This document shows positions 24,800 to 32,000 of a stretch of DNA of 32,000 nt, piece by piece (position 1 is the first letter of the stretch; every line of letters starts with the position of its first letter). Source of the stretch: an uncultured Sphingomonadaceae bacterium (lineage in GTDB: Bacteria > Pseudomonadota > Alphaproteobacteria > Sphingomonadales > Sphingomonadaceae). Below the pieces are notes generated by a model, which saw nothing but the letters and a program-made list of their open reading frames with translations, had not been told where the DNA came from and did no database searches. The DNA lies in contig CAUTRN010000021.1 in the NCBI GenBank assembly GCA_963540925.1, positions 72,827-104,826 of the forward strand. Direction: 5' to 3'. Made by a program: the position numbers and the translations under genes.

Positions 24800-25057
24800 A
24801 GCCCGGTGGACAAGGAACAGTTCGTCGCCAATTGCTGCGCTCACAAGGTCGCTTTGCTGTCTTAGGGATCGAGCAAAGTCACGGAAGCGCCAAACCCGAA
24901 GCTCTACCCCCGCCTCCTTGGCCGGACGTTCGACCAGAATATTAAAATGCGGCGGGTTTCCCCGCATTTCACGTTTTCCATCGTCATGTCATTGGCCGCC
25001 CGACGCGGTCCCGGCGCGAGCCGCCGGCCGACACATAACGATGGATTTGTCGACAAG

Positions 25058-27037
25058 ATGCACTCGAACACCCGAACAAAATACCCCAACGCCGTTTCGA
25101 ATTGCCAGAAAGCCACCATATCGACCGACGCAGGGCCAAGGCGTCGCGGTCGTAAGCCACACCCAATCATCGAGCATCCAGCGGCGATCGCCGGCCCATG
25201 GATCGATCCCCCATCCTTCGAAGCCGCTCTGCGGCTTCACATGCATCGCCACCGAGATAGCTGCCATCATCTCGCCAAAGCGATAGCCCGCACGGGCGAG
25301 AGGATCGAGAACGCCACCCTCAACTCCTGGACGTGCGGCCGTCGGGTTCCGCGAAGCGTTAGGAGCATGGAAATCCTGTTACGGATCGAGCGGCGCTACC
25401 AGCTTCCCGAAGGCTATTTCAAAACGAAGCTCCCGCATCAGGGGCGCGCGTCAACGGGCCATCATCTCCCCGGCATCGCCGCATCTGAACGCCGCCGCAT
25501 TGCATGGCATCTTCCTGATGATTTCGACCAGCGCCCTCGCGCGGAACGCGATGCGATCGTCAAGTGGGTGCGGACAGTGGTAATCTCAGGAACTACCGAT
25601 TACCGCCGGTTCCAGGCTGAAGCGCTCAAACACCGTTATGCTGTCCGCTTTCCTGATCTGAAGCAGGCGTTTCCCGCAGACGAAGAACTGATCGTCGAGA
25701 GCGATCCCGACCTGACATCCGGTACGATAGCTGCGCCCCGCCGACTGGCCTCAGAGATGGCAAGCCTGGTCTCCTTCAAATCGACGACGCTTGCCGCCAT
25801 CGGTTACCAGCGGAATGGGGTCTGGAATGAGGAGACATCGGCGCAAAAGGTCGAACATCTTGGCCTGATGTTCGGAGCTCTCGCAGCCCAGCCCCGTGGG
25901 CCTATCGCCGGTTTCGGCGTACCGCTTGCCAAGCTTACTTTCGCAATCCTAGTCTTTCCCGCCGTCTGGGACTGGTATGTTCAGTGGCGCGAGCGTCGAC
26001 GCGGCTTCTACACCTCCTGGGAAGCAGAGATGCTGAGGCTTGGCTTGGCGCTGACGCGTCGCGGGACCGGATGGCTCCGACAGCACCCTGCCCTGGCCGA
26101 GCGTCTCCAACCGATCCCGCCGCTGGTTTCCGCGAGCGACATTTCGGAAGCGCAAGCGGACTGGTCTGCGGCCTGCGATCGATTTTACGACCATGGCATC
26201 AGTCGCGCGCGCGAAATCGACCGAGTTGCGCGGGTCCACCGCGATCCCTTCGAACCGATCTTGCCCATCCTCGAGGCCGACAGCCCAGTCGGGGAGTACA
26301 GACGGATTACCGATGAGATCATCCGGCTCATGCCCGATGCGAGATATTACCCTCGCGACGCCGCCGAAGCGACGCGCTCCCTGCTGATGCTACGCCTCGG
26401 CCTGCATCTTGGCCTTCGACAACGCAATTTGCGTGAGTTGATGCTTTGCTTTCCCGGAGCCCAACCGCGCACCGAACGCCAACTGGAAGCCCAAAGGCGC
26501 GGCGAAATACGGTGGAGTGAACGACATTCAGCGTGGGAGGTTCTGATACCCTCAGCGGCATTCAAAAACGCCAGTTCATCCTTCTTCTCGGGAAAGCCCT
26601 TTCGCCTCCTTCTGCCAGACCTCGGCGATCTCAATCGTTATATCAGCCATTATGTGCAGCATCACAGAAAAAGGCTTATCGGTCGTGCGCGTGACCCTGG
26701 CACCTTCTTTGTGAAGACAATAAAGGCCAACAGCCAGAGCGCTGCCTATGATCAGACCACCTTCTATGAGGCGTGGCGGCTGACGATCCAACGCTATGGG
26801 ATCTTCAATCCCTACACAGGCCGAGGCGCGATCAAGGGCCTGCTGCCCCATGGGCCACACAACGTGCGTGACGTCCTTGCGACGCACATCCTCAAACAGA
26901 CGGGTTCCTATGAGCAGGCGAGCTATGCCATCCAAGACACGCCGGATATGGTCGCCAAGCATTATGGGCGGTTCCTGCCCCAGGATAAGTCGGCGCTCGC
27001 CGCAGAAATCTTGAACAAGGTATGGAAAGCAGCCTGA
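25058..27037 (+). CDS. large atypical tyrosine recombinase (long N-terminal extension)
   Basis: C-terminal catalytic region LGLRQRNLREL (R), LLPHGPHNVRDVLATHIL (HxxR), MVAKHYGRF (Y). About 400 aa of uncharacterised N-terminal sequence with an HTH-like segment. Start uncertain: 24947, 25058 or later. Confidence 0.8.
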   Translation: MHSNTRTKYPNAVSNCQKATISTDAGPRRRGRKPHPIIEHPAAIAGPWIDPPSFEAALRLHMHRHRDSCHHLAKAIARTGERIENATLNSWTCGRRVPRSVRSMEILLRIERRYQLPEGYFKTKLPHQGRASTGHHLPGIAASERRRIAWHLPDDFDQRPRAERDAIVKWVRTVVISGTTDYRRFQAEALKHRYAVRFPDLKQAFPADEELIVESDPDLTSGTIAAPRRLASEMASLVSFKSTTLAAIGYQRNGVWNEETSAQKVEHLGLMFGALAAQPRGPIAGFGVPLAKLTFAILVFPAVWDWYVQWRERRRGFYTSWEAEMLRLGLALTRRGTGWLRQHPALAERLQPIPPLVSASDISEAQADWSAACDRFYDHGISRAREIDRVARVHRDPFEPILPILEADSPVGEYRRITDEIIRLMPDARYYPRDAAEATRSLLMLRLGLHLGLRQRNLRELMLCFPGAQPRTERQLEAQRRGEIRWSERHSAWEVLIPSAAFKNASSSFFSGKPFRLLLPDLGDLNRYISHYVQHHRKRLIGRARDPGTFFVKTIKANSQSAAYDQTTFYEAWRLTIQRYGIFNPYTGRGAIKGLLPHGPHNVRDVLATHILKQTGSYEQASYAIQDTPDMVAKHYGRFLPQDKSALAAEILNKVWKAA

Positions 27038-27108
27038 TAGAAGGGCTGCGCCTAGGAGATCATCAACCTCCCGATCGGGAAGAATGCTGCGTTAGCCGGC
27101 GCGATTTC

Positions 27109-27140
27109 GTGCCGATCTTCCCGAGCGGGAAGATCGGCAC
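27109..27140. repeat. 32-bp palindrome GTGCCGATCTTCCCG-AG-CGGGAAGATCGGCAC
   Basis: Read directly; 15-bp perfect arms. Lies 72 nt after the recombinase stop. Confidence 0.9.
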
Positions 27141-27188
27141 GAGAAGGATGGCTGAAGCCAGACCAAACGTCGCGTAGAGAATGGCTTG

Positions 27189-27225
27189 CTTGTACAGACA
27201 GAAACGCAAAATCTGTCTGTACAAG
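27189..27225. repeat. inverted repeat CTTGTACAGACAGA-N9-TCTGTCTGTACAAG
   Basis: Read directly; 14-bp perfect arms, 9-nt spacer. Confidence 0.9.
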
Positions 27226-27252
27226 GAGCCTCTCGCTCATAACTGATGCGGG

Positions 27253-27277
27253 CGTCAGCAGTTCATATCTGCTGACG
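27253..27277. repeat. inverted repeat CGTCAGCAG-TTCATAT-CTGCTGACG
   Basis: Read directly; 9-bp perfect arms, 7-nt loop. Confidence 0.85.
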
Positions 27278-27607
27278 GCAGTCACATTGCCGGTACAGGA
27301 CTGAAAGTGCTCTTCGCCAGCGCATTCCTGGGATCGCGGGTATGCGGCAGCGAGCAGCCTGAGCACCCTGCCCTCCTCAGCTGCCCAGGGCGTTCAGCTC
27401 CGCGGTTGAATCGAATAAGCTGTGATGCCTCGTCATTTTCCCTCGTCGATTGTCGAGCGGCGATCGTCATTGACGACATGGGTTTTACTTCAACGATAAC
27501 TCCATTTTGGATCGATCACTTCCAATCGTCCCGTTGACGCTCAGACTGATTCTCCTCCCTATGCCGCCGCTCGCAAACGGGGTTTGCGGGTTTAAGGGGG
27601 CCTTTCA

Positions 27608-28090
27608 ATGATGATAAAATGGGTTGCCGGGTTCGCTCTGGCGGTATCGGCTGTCGCCGCAACAGCGCAGCAGGCGGAAATCACACTTCCTCCGGACACA
27701 CTGGTGGAGGTCACACCTTCCGAGGAAATCACCTCGAAGGAAATGGAGGAAGGCACTACGCGGTCCTTCATGGTCGCACGCGATGTCGTGCAGCAGGGTG
27801 TCGTGGTCATCCCGCGCGGCGCGCCGGTAAAGGCCGAGGTCACGTGGCGGACCGGCAAAGGGATCGGCGGCAAGTCGGCCAAGTTCGAACTCACGTTCCG
27901 AACCGTGCGTGTCGGCGGCGCTGAGAAGCTTATTCGCGGTACCCATCGACAGGAAGGGCGCGGCAACACAGCTGGTGCCCTTCTTGGTTCAATGGTCATC
28001 ACTGGTCGATCGGCGACGATGTCGCCCGGCCAACTCGTCAATGTTTTCACGGTCGATCCGATCACCGCTCCCGCGGTGAAATCGAACTGA
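27608..28090 (+). CDS. secreted hypothetical protein
   Basis: Signal peptide MMIKWVAGFALAVSAVAATAQQA; AAGGGGG SD upstream; no known domain recognised. Confidence 0.7.
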   Translation: MMIKWVAGFALAVSAVAATAQQAEITLPPDTLVEVTPSEEITSKEMEEGTTRSFMVARDVVQQGVVVIPRGAPVKAEVTWRTGKGIGGKSAKFELTFRTVRVGGAEKLIRGTHRQEGRGNTAGALLGSMVITGRSATMSPGQLVNVFTVDPITAPAVKSN

Positions 28091-28153
28091 GCATCGTGCG
28101 CCCCGTTGCGAAACCTTGCAACGGGGCCGAATGCAGCTATGGGGAACTGCTCC

Positions 28154-28229
28154 GGGCGGTTAGCTCAGTTGGTAGAGCATCTCGTTTACACCGAGAGGGT
28201 CGGCGGTTCGAGCCCGTCACCGCCCACCA
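28154..28229 (+). tRNA. tRNA-Val (anticodon TAC)
   Basis: GGGCGGTTAGCTCAGTTGGTAGAGCATCTCGTTTACACCGAGAGGGTCGGCGGTTCGAGCCCGTCACCGCCCACCA. Acceptor GGGCGGT/ACCGCCC, D-loop AGCTCAGTTGGTAGAGC, anticodon loop TTTACAC, T-arm GGTTCGAGCC, encoded CCA. Confidence 0.95.
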
Positions 28230-28247
28230 TTTCCCTGCGAGGACATC

Positions 28248-29021
28248 ATGGCAGCCGGCATCCGCGCCGATCAGATGCTGGTGGATCGCGGCCTGGTCGA
28301 AAGCCGGTCGAAGGCCCAGGCGCTGATCCTTGCCGGCCTCATTTTCTCTGGCGAGAGGAAGATCGAGAAAGCGGGCCAGGCGCTGAAGGCCGACGCGCCG
28401 CTTGAGGTCCGCGGCCGCGACCATCCCTGGGTATCCCGTGGTGGCATCAAGCTCGCTCACGGGCTTGAGCATTTTGGCTGGGACGTGACTGGCGCGGTCG
28501 CGATCGACGTCGGCTCCTCGACCGGCGGCTTTACCGATGTCCTGCTCACCAAGGGGGCCACCAAGGTCTATGCGGTCGACTCCGGGACAAACCAACTGGC
28601 GTGGAAACTGCGCCAGGACGAACGGGTCATCGTCCTCGAGCAGACCAATGCCCGGCACCTGACCGCCGATCATATTCCCGAGACCGTCGATCTCATCGTC
28701 TGCGACGCGAGCTTCATCTCGCTCACCAAGGTTCTCGCCGCCCCCCTCGGCTTCGCCAAGCCGGGCGCCCGCCTCCTGGCGCTGATCAAGCCGCAATTCG
28801 AGGCTGGTCGCGAGGAAGTGGGCAAGGGTGGCGTCGTCAGGGATCCAGAAGTGCACCGCCGGGTTTGTGCAGAGGTCGCTGACTGGCTCGGAAGCCAAGG
28901 GTGGCACGTCGACGGGGTCACCGCGAGCCCAATCACGGGCCCCGAAGGCAATGTCGAGTTCCTCATCGCAGCGCTGAAGGGAGAGGCCAATGGCAACGGA
29001 AGCGCTGAAGGTGGTGAATAA
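28248..29021 (+). CDS. tlyA: TlyA family rRNA (cytidine-2'-O)-methyltransferase
   Basis: S4 domain RADQMLVDRGLVESRSKAQALI; FtsJ-type SAM motif AIDVGSSTGGFTDVLL; LIKPQFE; GPEGNVEFL. Confidence 0.9.
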   Translation: MAAGIRADQMLVDRGLVESRSKAQALILAGLIFSGERKIEKAGQALKADAPLEVRGRDHPWVSRGGIKLAHGLEHFGWDVTGAVAIDVGSSTGGFTDVLLTKGATKVYAVDSGTNQLAWKLRQDERVIVLEQTNARHLTADHIPETVDLIVCDASFISLTKVLAAPLGFAKPGARLLALIKPQFEAGREEVGKGGVVRDPEVHRRVCAEVADWLGSQGWHVDGVTASPITGPEGNVEFLIAALKGEANGNGSAEGGE

Positions 29022-29562
29022 GGGACCGGGGAGCGCACGACGGATTGTTCGCTGGTCGCTGATCACGGTTCCAGCCATTGTAATTCTTGGAATGATCTCG
29101 GGGCGCCTTGCCAATTCGGGCTATGGCAACCCGTGGTTCGATGGCCTCACGAAGCCAGCGATAATGCCGCCGGGCTGGGCCTTCCCGGTCGCCTGGACCC
29201 TGCTCTATGTGCTGATGGGGATCGCCCTCGCGATCATCCTCGCGCAGCCGGCGTCCAAGACCAGATCCATTGGCATCACCTTCTTCCTCATCCAACTCGC
29301 GCTCAATCTTGCCTGGTCGCCGGTTTTCTTTGCGATGCATCGGATCATGCTGGCGTTCGGTTTGATCCTGGCCATCCTGATCTGGGCTGCGGCAACGACT
29401 GTCACCTTCTGGAAAGTCCGCCCCGTCGCGGGCGCGCTTCTCCTACCTTATCTCGCTTGGTTAGCCTTTGCCGCCACGCTCAATTGGCAGATCCACCTGC
29501 TCAATCCCAACGGCGTGGTTGTCATTCCCCATAATGACGGTACGCGCATCGTCGTCCAGTAA
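28990..29562 (+). CDS. tspO: TspO/MBR tryptophan-rich sensory protein
   Basis: PWFDGLTKPAIMPPGWAFPVAWTLLYVLMG and five TM-like segments, LNLAWSPVFF. Start may lie downstream of 28990, since that start overlaps tlyA by 32 nt. Confidence 0.85.
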   Translation: MATEALKVVNKGPGSARRIVRWSLITVPAIVILGMISGRLANSGYGNPWFDGLTKPAIMPPGWAFPVAWTLLYVLMGIALAIILAQPASKTRSIGITFFLIQLALNLAWSPVFFAMHRIMLAFGLILAILIWAAATTVTFWKVRPVAGALLLPYLAWLAFAATLNWQIHLLNPNGVVVIPHNDGTRIVVQ

Positions 29563-29585
29563 ACGGCTTTGACAAGGGAATAGCC

Positions 29586-29831
29586 ATGCAGTCCGAGAAC
29601 CGCCTTTTCGACGACTTCGCCAAGTTCATGAATGGTGCGGCTGGTACGCTTGCCGGCGTCGGCCGCGAGGCTGAGGCGGGGTTCAAGGAGCGGATGCGCG
29701 AATGGGTCGGCGGCCTCGACATGGTCAGTCGTGATGAGTTCGAGGCGGTCAAGGCGATGGCGGCCGCGGCCCGCGATGAAGCCGATACCCTCAAGGCTCG
29801 ACTCGATGCGCTCGAGCAGGCGGCAAAATAG
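29586..29831 (+). CDS. ubiK: accessory factor UbiK (BMFP) family protein
   Basis: 81 aa: MQSENRLFDDFAKFMNGAAGTLAGVGREAE ... MVSRDEFEAVKAMAAAARDEADTLKARLDALE is a typical UbiK/BMFP coiled-coil pattern. Confidence 0.75.
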   Translation: MQSENRLFDDFAKFMNGAAGTLAGVGREAEAGFKERMREWVGGLDMVSRDEFEAVKAMAAAARDEADTLKARLDALEQAAK

Positions 29832-29838
29832 CCGTCCG

Positions 29839-31359
29839 CTAAAGCCGGAGCCGTTGTAGCACGGACCTGAGGCTGACGATGTCGGCCACGCGATAGGATT
29901 CGAAAGCCGGAGCATTCGCTGAAAAATGGACGGCACCACCCGGGGCTATGCGATCGGCGGGTAGCAGATAATAGCGCTCGGTATGGGCGCTGGTCGGACT
30001 CAGCAAACCCGCGAAGTAGCAGTCAGCGGCGATGTCTGGGTTTACCGACAGCTTCCAATAGCGTCGCGCACGGTTGCCGTGAAACCGCGAAATCGCGACG
30101 GCGAGTCTTATTGCCTTGTCGACTTCGAACAGGCCCATCGGTCCCAGTCTTCGCACATGGGCGCCAGCCGCCTTAAGGAGCCCCTCGACCTGGATGCAGA
30201 AAGCCCTGTTGCGATCGACGATCCAAGCAGGCCCAAAAGCCGGGCCACGATGGACCGGATGATAGCCTACCCGAGCGAAAGCCGCATGCAGGCTGCCGAA
30301 GCGCCGACGAACAGCCGTTGCAGAGGGCATGTCAGGTGCCTGATCGATCAGGCCAAGGGTCAGCCGTCCTTCCCGGGCGAGCAGCGCGCGCAACCCGCCC
30401 AGCAGTTGCTCCTCGCTGTAGATATACGACCGTCGTGTCTTTCGCGCTCGCTGGGCCTCTCGGAATACGCGTCGCGAGATGATCGGGGGAAAGGCGTTTT
30501 CCAGTCGCACCCAATCGGTTTCGGGGTTGGGTAGGTTTTTGCCCCCGAGTTTCTTCGATGTCCGGTTGAAGGTCACCAGACCCGTGTAGACCTCGCCGGT
30601 CAGAACCTCCTTCACCTGATATTGCGACCAGGGACGGCCATCGAGCGCGGGCACGCCGTCCGCATTGAGCCGTTGGGCGATCCGTCGGTCCGACAGGCCG
30701 CCGGTCGTGGACAGGCGGTAGATGCGCCGGACGATCGCCTGCTCCTCGGCAGGGCCCGGCACCAGGATGACCCGATCCTCTCGGATATTCTTATGCTCTC
30801 CGCGGTCGAGCAACATCTTCGGCGTGCCGCTGGCATCAATTAGCATCCGGCGCAAGCCAAAGCGAGCAGTTGCCCCCATCCGGAAACCGAGACGGGCTTG
30901 GTGGACCTGGGCGGTCCAGACCTTGCGCGACAGTTCCCGGCTATACTCGCCGGCCATGACGCGCTTGAGGCTCTTCATTATTGCCGAGGTGAGACTGCCG
31001 TCGTTCTCGAAGATCTCGCCGCAATAATGGACCGCGATCCCAGCCTTGCGGACGAGCCACTCATAATGAGCGCTTTCGTCGACATCCTGGAAGCGCCCCC
31101 AGCGGCTGATGTCGAGCACCAGCAGCGCCTCGAACGGTGCGGTACCGGACAGCACCATCGCCAGCAGGCGTTTCAGCTCATTACGGCCCTCAAGGGTCAA
31201 CCCGCTGCGGCCAGCGTCGGCGAAGGTCTCGACGATGCTGAACCCATGGGCGAGCGCATAAGTCGCGATAGCCGCCGTCTGGTGCGCGAGCGAGTAGCGC
31301 TGGTGATCGGTCGACATGCGCAGATATTGGGCGGCCCTGATTGGCTGGGTGGATGCCAT
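29839..31359 (-). CDS. large serine recombinase (resolvase/invertase N-domain plus recombinase domain)
   Basis: AAQYLRMSTDHQ (catalytic Ser), DAGRSG, LLVLDISRWGR, MAGEYSRELSRKV, then a long C-terminal extension. Confidence 0.9.
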   Translation of the reverse strand: MASTQPIRAAQYLRMSTDHQRYSLAHQTAAIATYALAHGFSIVETFADAGRSGLTLEGRNELKRLLAMVLSGTAPFEALLVLDISRWGRFQDVDESAHYEWLVRKAGIAVHYCGEIFENDGSLTSAIMKSLKRVMAGEYSRELSRKVWTAQVHQARLGFRMGATARFGLRRMLIDASGTPKMLLDRGEHKNIREDRVILVPGPAEEQAIVRRIYRLSTTGGLSDRRIAQRLNADGVPALDGRPWSQYQVKEVLTGEVYTGLVTFNRTSKKLGGKNLPNPETDWVRLENAFPPIISRRVFREAQRARKTRRSYIYSEEQLLGGLRALLAREGRLTLGLIDQAPDMPSATAVRRRFGSLHAAFARVGYHPVHRGPAFGPAWIVDRNRAFCIQVEGLLKAAGAHVRRLGPMGLFEVDKAIRLAVAISRFHGNRARRYWKLSVNPDIAADCYFAGLLSPTSAHTERYYLLPADRIAPGGAVHFSANAPAFESYRVADIVSLRSVLQRLRL

Positions 31360-31387
31360 GGCTTGTCTCCTCGGTGGTGAGGCGCTC

Positions 31388-31756
31388 TCAGGCGGCGAGT
31401 CCCAGCTCCTCTACCCTGGCGAGGATCATAGCCTTGGCGATGGCCGCAATGGTCTCGACCGACCAACTCCCGATCTTGGTCGCCGCACGCTTCACCGATC
31501 GCCAGACCTTGGGATCGCGGATGGCGTCGAGAAAATCATAGCCCTCCCAGGTCAGCCGGATGCAGACCCATGGTTGCGTCCCCGTTCGATCGGGGAAGTA
31601 CGTCTTGAGCAAGCCCTTCTCGACCAGAAGCCGAGCATGGAAATGGACCATCTCGTCATTATAGCCGGTGATCCTAGGCAGACATAAAATCTCACAGCGA
31701 TCGTCTGCTTCAACAGCTAGAAGGATCGCGCGAAGTAGATCCGAGTCGCGTCGCAT
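31388..31756 (-). CDS. DUF2513-like protein
   Basis: MRRDSDLLRAILLAVEADD ... HARLLVEKGLL ... LTWEGYDFLDAIRD follows the DUF2513 pattern. Confidence 0.65.
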   Translation of the reverse strand: MRRDSDLLRAILLAVEADDRCEILCLPRITGYNDEMVHFHARLLVEKGLLKTYFPDRTGTQPWVCIRLTWEGYDFLDAIRDPKVWRSVKRAATKIGSWSVETIAAIAKAMILARVEELGLAA

Positions 31757-31802
31757 CTGATCCAGATTTCACATATTATCCTACATTTACAGAGGATTTC
31801 CG

Positions 31803-32000
31803 GTGATCGACGATCGAGAGATCTGGGCCTGTGCATATCAGCTCGTTCGGCAGTATGGCGAGGGCGCGGCCTTCCACGCGGCGCTACGCGCCGACGAACT
31901 TCTCGAAGCGAGCGACTTCGAAGGCCAGCGAATCTGGCTGCGCATTCTGGATCGGATCGAAGCTCTGGAAGGCGTCCAGCCCACGTCCACCATCCATTGA
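31803..32000 (+). CDS. small hypothetical protein (65 aa)
   Basis: GTG start at 31803, stop TGA at 31998-32000. Divergent from the DUF2513 gene; no motif recognised. Confidence 0.45.
   Translation: MIDDREIWACAYQLVRQYGEGAAFHAALRADELLEASDFEGQRIWLRILDRIEALEGVQPTSTIH

Larger units (their letters stand above)
1418..27277. mobile_element. integrative conjugative/mobilizable island segment (boundaries unresolved)
   Basis: Relaxase, T4CP, candidate oriT, three tyrosine recombinases, ArdC, DUF736 and TA/defence cargo are contiguous. Housekeeping genes resume after about 27.6 kb. Confidence 0.55.
29832..32000. mobile_element. left edge of a second integrated element (serine-recombinase type), continues beyond the window
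   Basis: The large serine recombinase gene ends 7 nt after the ubiK stop. It is followed by phage/island-type small genes (DUF2513). Confidence 0.45.

Noticed and set aside
27052-27537. Small ORFs (104 aa, 65 aa, 76 aa) in the post-recombinase gap
   Set aside because: They overlap the palindromes, lack SD sequences and motifs, and lie in a region that looks non-coding.
28154-28229. tRNA-Val as the integration site of the large island
   Set aside because: The island lies on the 5' side of the tRNA, with a secreted-protein gene between them. I saw no repeat of the tRNA 3' end elsewhere in the window.
28137-29114. 325-aa minus-strand ORF across tRNA-Val and tlyA
   Set aside because: It is antisense to a clear TlyA sequence and overlaps a tRNA, so it is a shadow ORF.
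1-32000. CRISPR arrays, rRNA genes, IS elements with transposases
   Set aside because: I saw no regularly spaced direct repeats, no rRNA-like sequence, and no DDE or IS200-type transposase ORF.

Overview
High-GC, alphaproteobacterial-style DNA (taxon is inference). Most of the window (about 1.2-27.3 kb) is an integrative conjugative or mobilizable island; a short housekeeping stretch follows, then the edge of a second island.

Layout, left to right:
- A 5'-truncated ORF and an HU gene.
- A minus-strand DNA-processing operon with overlapping stop/start codons: RHH protein, TraD-like coupling protein, MOBF relaxase-helicase, lytic transglycosylase, AlpA-like HTH.
- A repeat-rich candidate oriT (7.5-7.8 kb).
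- Two overlapping P4-type tyrosine integrases.
- A cargo block: fused nucleotidyltransferase-HEPN protein, ArdC plus a sigma region-4-like protein, MucR/Ros, DUF736, a Septu-like ATPase+HNH pair, the cluster described below, and a RES/Xre toxin-antitoxin pair.
- A large atypical tyrosine recombinase followed by three perfect palindromes, the likely island edge.
- A secreted protein, tRNA-Val(TAC), tlyA, tspO and ubiK.
- From 29.8 kb, a large serine recombinase and a DUF2513 gene mark a second element.

Best candidate for an undescribed system: the co-directional minus-strand cluster at 17098-23494. It comprises a DNA methyltransferase, a 286-aa protein, a 368-aa Cas4-like Cys-rich putative nuclease, a ~480-aa orphan protein, an Upf1-like SF1 helicase and a small HTH protein. 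I cannot match it to any named defence system.

No CRISPR array, rRNA or reverse transcriptase was seen. All family assignments rest on motif reading by eye; no searches were run.
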